Shown: positions 59,004-64,000 of the stretch, piece by piece
Position numbering within the stretch: the stretch's first letter is position 1
Layout of the letters: each line of letters starts with the position of its first letter
Origin: Candidatus Latescibacterota bacterium
GTDB lineage: Bacteria > Latescibacterota > UBA2968 > GCA-2709665
Length of the DNA stretch: 64,000 nt
Assembly (NCBI GenBank): GCA_965208835.1
Contig: OZ242358.1
Span: forward strand, 3,456,001-3,520,000
Direction: 5' to 3'
Notes under the pieces: generated by a model
The model's database searches: none
Told to the model about the DNA's origin: nothing
Seen by the model: only the letters and a program-made list of their open reading frames with translations
Position numbers and translations under genes: made by a program

Positions 59004-61130
59004 GTGAAGACCGACCCTGACTGGAAGACCCGAATTCGCCCGGACCACCCGCGGATCTTCGTCAACCGGGACACGCTTCCGGCAATCCGCACCCGCGCGT
59101 CGACCGTCTGTAAAGACCATTACCTCAGGGTCAGGTCTTTCGCCGCGGCGAGTCCGCCGGACACGGGATGGGCCGTCATCGACCGTCCGCCGCCGCTGCC
59201 CGACGGCACGGAAGTGCGGGACTGGGGCCACCGGATGATGTGCTCGGCTATCGTCTATCTCCTGGAGCCCACCGCCGAACGGCTGGCCCGACTCGTCTCC
59301 GAACTGCGCGCCAGCGCCGAATACTTCCACGCATGTTACGCGGAGAACGAGTCCGTTAACTGGTACGCCGCCAGCCGCGCCGCGTGCCTGGTAACCCTTG
59401 ACTGGATCTGGAATGACCTCGAGGAAGACGACCGGCGGGAGATTGCGCTGCGGCTGCTCGACCACGTGGACGAAGCTCTCCACAAACCAGGCATCCGTCG
59501 CCGCAACGGTTCCGACCACCGCAGCGGATTCTACGGCGCACCCAGCCTGGCCTGGTTCGCGGGGCTCCTGCTCCACGAAGAAGGCATCGACGATACCACG
59601 GCGGCCCGTTTTCTCGAAAAGGGCTATGACGACCACGTCAGGCTGCTGGTTCACCGCGCGTCCGCGTGCGGCGACGACGGCGGCGAAGCCTCGCCCACGC
59701 TTGGATACGCATTCGGCGAATACCCGCTGGCGCAATGGAATTTCATCCATACCCTCCATTCGTCGACAGGTGAAGACATATCCGGTAACTGGGCGCACAT
59801 CCGGATGTTTCCCAACTACGTGATCTGGAACTGGCTGCCGGGCGACCTGGAGTTCGGTTACGGCGACAACACGCATACCGACAACCGCATGCGGACGAAC
59901 TGGATGTACACGCATATGTCGCATGTTATGCACCTGTTCGGACGGACGCATCCGGAGTGGGCCGGACTCGCCCGGTATATCCGGGACACGGCCGGCGGCG
60001 GCTTTCCCCTGGACAAGTGGCCCGTCTACCCGTTTCTGCTCCACGGCCTGGACAGCGCGCCCCCTGCCGCGGGCCCGGACATCCTGCCGCCCGCGCGCAA
60101 TTTTGAAAACCTGGGGCAGATTTTCATGCGTTCCGGCTCCGGCGACGACGACACGTATGCCCTTTTTTGCGGTGGGGGCAGCCTGAGAAGTCACCGCCAC
60201 TATGACGCCACGCACTTCACCATCTTCAAAAAGGGATTCCTTGCCCTGGACAGCGGCACCCGCATGGGCAATACCGACAACCTGCAGAACTACTACGCGC
60301 AGACCGTCGCCCACAACTGCATATTGATCAAGATGCCCGGCGAGGCGCCGTCGCCCTACTGGAACGGCGAGGTCTACGGGCAGGCGGGCGGACAGAACAA
60401 GACCATCGGTTCCGAAATAACCGCCTTCGAAACCAACCCCCACTTCACCTACGTCGCCGCTGACGCCACCCCGGTCTACAATGCCGAAAAGTGCGCGCTT
60501 ATGGTCCGTCAGTTCCTCTTTCTTCCGCCGGACCACTTCGTCGTGTTCGATCGCATTACGTCCACCCGCGCCTGCTACGCGAAAACCTGGCTCTTGCACC
60601 ATGCCAACGAGCCCATGGTTGATGGCAACGCATGGAGGTCGGATCAGGACCGGGGACGCATACTCGTCCGGACACTGTTACCCGAAGACGCCACTCTCGA
60701 AAAGGTAGGCGGACCCGGCAGGGAATTCGTGGCCGACGGCGTGAACTATGCGATTGACGCCGGCCCTTCGAAGCTCATTGTTGAAAACAAATATCCGATT
60801 GGCAGAATGCACTACAAGGAGGTTCCGGAGCTGATGGGCCGATGGCGGATGGAAGTAAGGCCGGGTGCGGCCCGGAAGGAGGACCTTTTTCTGCACCTCA
60901 TACAGGTTGGCGATCAATCCCTCTGCTCGATGAGCGATGCGAAGGCGGCCGTGACCGGGGCCAAAGTGGAACTCAGCTTCAGCGATTCCGATGGTGAAGT
61001 CTTCGTTTCGTTCGCGGCAAGTGGTGAGTCCGGCGGGCGCATCACTCGATTCCGGCGTGGAGAACCCCTCGTCGAAAAGGACCTCGCCCGGGATGTTCAG
61101 GCTCAGGGCGGGCTCGCGGTACCCGACTGA
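59004..61130 (+). CDS. Heparinase II/III-family lyase (heparin lyase II-like)
   Basis: HPRIF, FMRSG, SHRHYDATHFTIFKKGFLALDSG, YYAQTVAHNCILI, FVVFDRI, WLLH. Confidence 0.82.
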   Translation: MKTDPDWKTRIRPDHPRIFVNRDTLPAIRTRASTVCKDHYLRVRSFAAASPPDTGWAVIDRPPPLPDGTEVRDWGHRMMCSAIVYLLEPTAERLARLVSELRASAEYFHACYAENESVNWYAASRAACLVTLDWIWNDLEEDDRREIALRLLDHVDEALHKPGIRRRNGSDHRSGFYGAPSLAWFAGLLLHEEGIDDTTAARFLEKGYDDHVRLLVHRASACGDDGGEASPTLGYAFGEYPLAQWNFIHTLHSSTGEDISGNWAHIRMFPNYVIWNWLPGDLEFGYGDNTHTDNRMRTNWMYTHMSHVMHLFGRTHPEWAGLARYIRDTAGGGFPLDKWPVYPFLLHGLDSAPPAAGPDILPPARNFENLGQIFMRSGSGDDDTYALFCGGGSLRSHRHYDATHFTIFKKGFLALDSGTRMGNTDNLQNYYAQTVAHNCILIKMPGEAPSPYWNGEVYGQAGGQNKTIGSEITAFETNPHFTYVAADATPVYNAEKCALMVRQFLFLPPDHFVVFDRITSTRACYAKTWLLHHANEPMVDGNAWRSDQDRGRILVRTLLPEDATLEKVGGPGREFVADGVNYAIDAGPSKLIVENKYPIGRMHYKEVPELMGRWRMEVRPGAARKEDLFLHLIQVGDQSLCSMSDAKAAVTGAKVELSFSDSDGEVFVSFAASGESGGRITRFRRGEPLVEKDLARDVQAQGGLAVPD

Positions 61131-61192
61131 GTTCGGTCGGACGCGCCGAAGAAAGATGCCCGGTTCCATACCCTTTAACCAAGAGACGTCAA

Positions 61193-62095
61193 ATGGACGA
61201 ATTCCGCGGCATCTATCCCGCACTGATCACGCCGATGACGCGTGAAGGAGACTTTAACGAAAATGCCTTCCGCCGGCTTATGGAATACAACATAGAATCG
61301 GGCGCCCACGGTTTCTGGGTTGCCGGGGGCGCCGGTGAAAGCGTCCTGCTGGAGGACGAGGAAAACGCCCGTATCGCCGCCGCCGCCGCCAATCAGGCCG
61401 CCGGTCGCGCGAAAATCATCATGCACGTGGGGGCGGTCACCACTGTGCGCGCCGCAAGGATGGCTGAAAACGCCGCGGAGGCCGGGGTTGACGCCATCTG
61501 CGCCGTGCCTCCTTTCTTCTACCGGCCCGGACCCGACGAAATCGTCGAACACTACCGGGTGGTGGGCGCCGCGGCGGACCTTCCGCTCTTCGTCTACAAC
61601 CTTCCAGGCGCCACGGGCGTGGAGATCACCCTCGAACTGGCTGAGAATATCCAGGAGCATGTGCCGCAACTGGCCGGCCTGAAACACTCCGCTCCGGCAT
61701 TCGTAAACACGCGCCACTTCGCCAGGATGGGCCTTTCGTGCCTTATCGGCAGCGCGGCGCTGCTCCTTCCCGCACTCACCATCGGCGCTGCAGGCTGCGT
61801 GGACGGCCCCCTTGCGCTGTCTCCGGATGTGTGGGTCAATATCTGGACCGCGTACCATCGCGGTGACATCAAGTCTGCGGAGGCCGAACAGAAACGGGCG
61901 GCCGATCTTTATACGATCTTCAACCGCGCGGGATATATCGCGTCCATGAAGGCCCTGATATCCGAAAAACTCGGTATCGACTGCGGCGCCCCCCGCCCCC
62001 CGCAGCGTCCGCTCACCAGCGAGGAGAGAGCCTTCGTTATCCGGACGGCGACGTCACTGGGAATGATGGAAATCGAAAGTCAGGATGGCGATTGA
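61193..62095 (+). CDS. DHDPS/NanA/KDG-aldolase-family class I aldolase
   Basis: GIYPALITP, GGAGE, HVGA, VPPFFY, YNLPGATG, GLKHS. Confidence 0.88.
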   Translation: MDEFRGIYPALITPMTREGDFNENAFRRLMEYNIESGAHGFWVAGGAGESVLLEDEENARIAAAAANQAAGRAKIIMHVGAVTTVRAARMAENAAEAGVDAICAVPPFFYRPGPDEIVEHYRVVGAAADLPLFVYNLPGATGVEITLELAENIQEHVPQLAGLKHSAPAFVNTRHFARMGLSCLIGSAALLLPALTIGAAGCVDGPLALSPDVWVNIWTAYHRGDIKSAEAEQKRAADLYTIFNRAGYIASMKALISEKLGIDCGAPRPPQRPLTSEERAFVIRTATSLGMMEIESQDGD

Positions 62096-62172
62096 TCGTG
62101 CCGGGCCTCGGCGATGTCCCTTTCCGGAGCTCTTTACTGCGCCTATGGACCCTAATTGAGGAGGACACACCG

Positions 62173-63081
62173 ATGATCCCCATGCTCAGCAGCCTGTGCT
62201 ACGGACCGCTCGAAGTCTGTCAACTCCCGCGGACATGGTGGAAGGTTCTGCTGCGTAACGCGGGCATAATCGACGAAGAGTACCCGGACGTCAGCGAAGG
62301 CCTGGACAAATCCGTCCTGGAAGTGCTGAATCTGGACAGGTCGAAGACGCTGGCCTATCTGCGGGAAGACATGCCCGGCTACCTGCAGTTCGAAGCCTGG
62401 GTCCTCCGGCAGAACGATGGAGCGCTCGACCGCAAGGCGATTGACAGATGGAACGAATCCGTACGCACCCGAATTCACACCAGACCCGACAAGCTCGAGG
62501 AAACCACGAGTGACATCGGCATTCCCAACGACGGCGCGATCACGTCTGCCGTGGTCCTTAACGGACTTCAGGACTGGTCGCTCTTCTACAAACGCGACCT
62601 GAAAGGAAACTTTTCTGCCCTGAATGGTTCCGTGGTTCCACTCATCTCCAGCCTGGATTACGGACCGCTCAACGTCTGCCAGCTCCCGCGGACCTGGCTG
62701 AAAATACTGCTGAAGTCCAGGAACCTGCTGCATCCCGATTATCCCGACATGACCGAGGACGGTCTGGATCCCCGTGTCTTGCGTGCCGTGAATATCCAAC
62801 CGGACGATGCGGTCTGTTTCATCCGGGACAACGCGCCGTCCTATCTCGACTTCGAAGCTTGGATTCTCGGGAGGAACGACGGACGCGTGGACCCCGGCGC
62901 CGTAGACGCATGGAACGGGTTTGTGCGAAACCGAATCCACTCAAATGAGAAGATCGTGGATATTCACAATACACTGGGCCTGGAAAACGACGGTAGCCTG
63001 ACCTCCGCCGTCGTCCTGAACCACATTGAAGACTGGCACTTCGCGCACGCGGACCTGACGGGAGGGGGCGACATCTCGTGA
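62173..63081 (+). CDS. Protein with two tandem DUF5069-like domains
   Basis: Internal duplication: IPMLSSLCYGPLEVCQLPRTWWK...Y...GLD..VL...YLQFEAWV...SAVVLNGLQDW and VPLISSLDYGPLNVCQLPRTWLK...Y...GLD..VL...YLDFEAWI...SAVVLNHIEDW; GGAGG RBS. Confidence 0.75.
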   Translation: MIPMLSSLCYGPLEVCQLPRTWWKVLLRNAGIIDEEYPDVSEGLDKSVLEVLNLDRSKTLAYLREDMPGYLQFEAWVLRQNDGALDRKAIDRWNESVRTRIHTRPDKLEETTSDIGIPNDGAITSAVVLNGLQDWSLFYKRDLKGNFSALNGSVVPLISSLDYGPLNVCQLPRTWLKILLKSRNLLHPDYPDMTEDGLDPRVLRAVNIQPDDAVCFIRDNAPSYLDFEAWILGRNDGRVDPGAVDAWNGFVRNRIHSNEKIVDIHNTLGLENDGSLTSAVVLNHIEDWHFAHADLTGGGDIS

Positions 63082-63157
63082 ACACCGCCGTCAACGTCCG
63101 GGCGCCACTCCCGTTTTTCGCATTTCTACGGTCATTCATTTTGCGTTCAGATAGTTG

Positions 63158-63186
63158 TTGACAGGTTCCGATTTATGAATTAAAAT
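63158..63186 (+). promoter_or_regulatory. Near-consensus sigma70 promoter with no credible downstream CDS
   Basis: TTGACA-17 bp-TAAAAT in an AT-rich patch. Confidence 0.7.
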
Positions 63187-63223
63187 ACCGTTAAATTCGG
63201 GTATTAGTTTATATTGTCGACAG

Positions 63224-63587
63224 ACGGGATTAGCGGCGCCGATCTTTCGGGTACAGTCGGAATTTCAACCCCGGGTGTGTCATGGGAACGGTCTACGCTA
63301 CTTAATTGCGTTTCAACAGTTTCAGGAAGGGTGGTGATATTCGGATCCACGTCGCCAAGCTTTTTACCGTTGTACATCTACGTGAGAAACTGTGGCTCGG
63401 GGCAAGTTGCCGCAATGAACCTTGCACTGCGTAAGTGATCGAGCGATATATCTTAAATATCTGCACAAGGTCTCTTCCTATCGCCATCACACCCTCCAGG
63501 GTCAATTCCTGAATCCCATCAGGCACAGTCTCTTCATACGGTCTGATCTCAGTCATTCACCCGAAAATCGCGTGTATCGCAATCCGT
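63224..63587 (+). ncRNA. Candidate large structured non-coding RNA
   Basis: At least 8 nested complementary segments (listed under findings); G-U pairs favour the plus strand. Confidence 0.5.
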
Positions 63588-64000
63588 GGCGCGGTCATGT
63601 GTGCGCGTTGCGGCTTGATTGCTGTAAGTCACGGTACCCACGTGAATCGAAGTCCGGGGGTGTGACCGTATGGCGGCTTTTGTGTGCTTTGCAAAGTTAA
63701 TCGCTGTAACCGCAGTTAGACGTTGTCCCCGATGTGGCTGGGCGGCGCACCCCGCGCCTCCGTCGCGTCTGTTTTCAAAGTAACGCCTGATTCACGGTGC
63801 GGAATGTGACTGAATGGCGCGCCCTGCGCCTTCTAAACAGTCCCTCCCCTGCAGCTGCGTGAATCACTGTCCCGGGTGCGGCCGGAGGGCCAGACCGGCG
63901 CCTTCATCACGGTTTTTCACCCTGCTCTCTTGAATCGCTGCCCCGCGTGCGGCCGGGCGGCGCGCCCTGCGCCCTTATCCCGGTCAATTGTGTAAATCAC
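63573..64000. repeat. Degenerate tandem array of ~72-bp units (at least 6), running off the window
   Basis: Units start at 63573, 63643, 63716, 63788, 63860 and 63931; approximate consensus TGAATCRCTGTCCCGNRTGYGGCYGGRNGGCGCGCCCTGCGCC plus ~29 variable nt. Confidence 0.75.

Noticed and set aside
58815-60602. Long antisense ORFs (595 aa here; also 22411-23772, 49178-50377, 34737-35810)
   Set aside because: Shadow frames of well-supported genes in high-GC DNA.
63302-63556. 84-aa minus-strand ORF, and the short plus ORFs 63214-63438 and 63422-63700
   Set aside because: No recognisable domain or clear RBS, and they overlap the structured segment. A decayed minus-strand gene cannot be fully excluded.
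63601-63720. Group II intron 5' end (GTGCG)
   Set aside because: The GTGCG falls inside an array unit; no domain V and no RT gene are visible.
63573-64000. Canonical CRISPR array
   Set aside because: Repeats are far too divergent, the variable parts keep some mutual similarity, there is no GAAAC-type end, and no cas genes are in the window.

Overview
This is a GC-rich bacterial chromosomal segment. The gene content suggests an FCB-group, Latescibacterota/Gemmatimonadota-like organism, but that is inference only. The window has four parts. (1) About 1-9.6 kb holds a truncated beta-propeller gene, a GNAT gene, an orphan higA and a lower-GC defence island (GmrSD-like DUF262/HNH nuclease, MmeI-like type IIL/IIG R-M enzyme, cytoplasmic trypsin-like protease). 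(2) About 9.6-20 kb holds mixed metabolic genes. (3) About 20-49 kb is a housekeeping core (rel, mutS, mtaB, rpsA, plsC, cmk, scpAB, gcvH, accBC, efp, bioB, mnmG, smpB, amidase, DnaC/IstB-like ATPase, rdgB, slt) interrupted by two MITE families. (4) About 49-63 kb is a probable glycan-catabolism cluster with two heparinase II/III-like proteins. The most unusual feature is the non-coding tail at 63.15-64.0 kb. A near-consensus sigma70 promoter is followed by a ~360-nt segment with many nested base-paired helices, then by at least six degenerate ~72-bp tandem units that run off the window. All product calls come from motifs recognised by eye, and all RNA structures were paired by hand; no database search or folding program was run.
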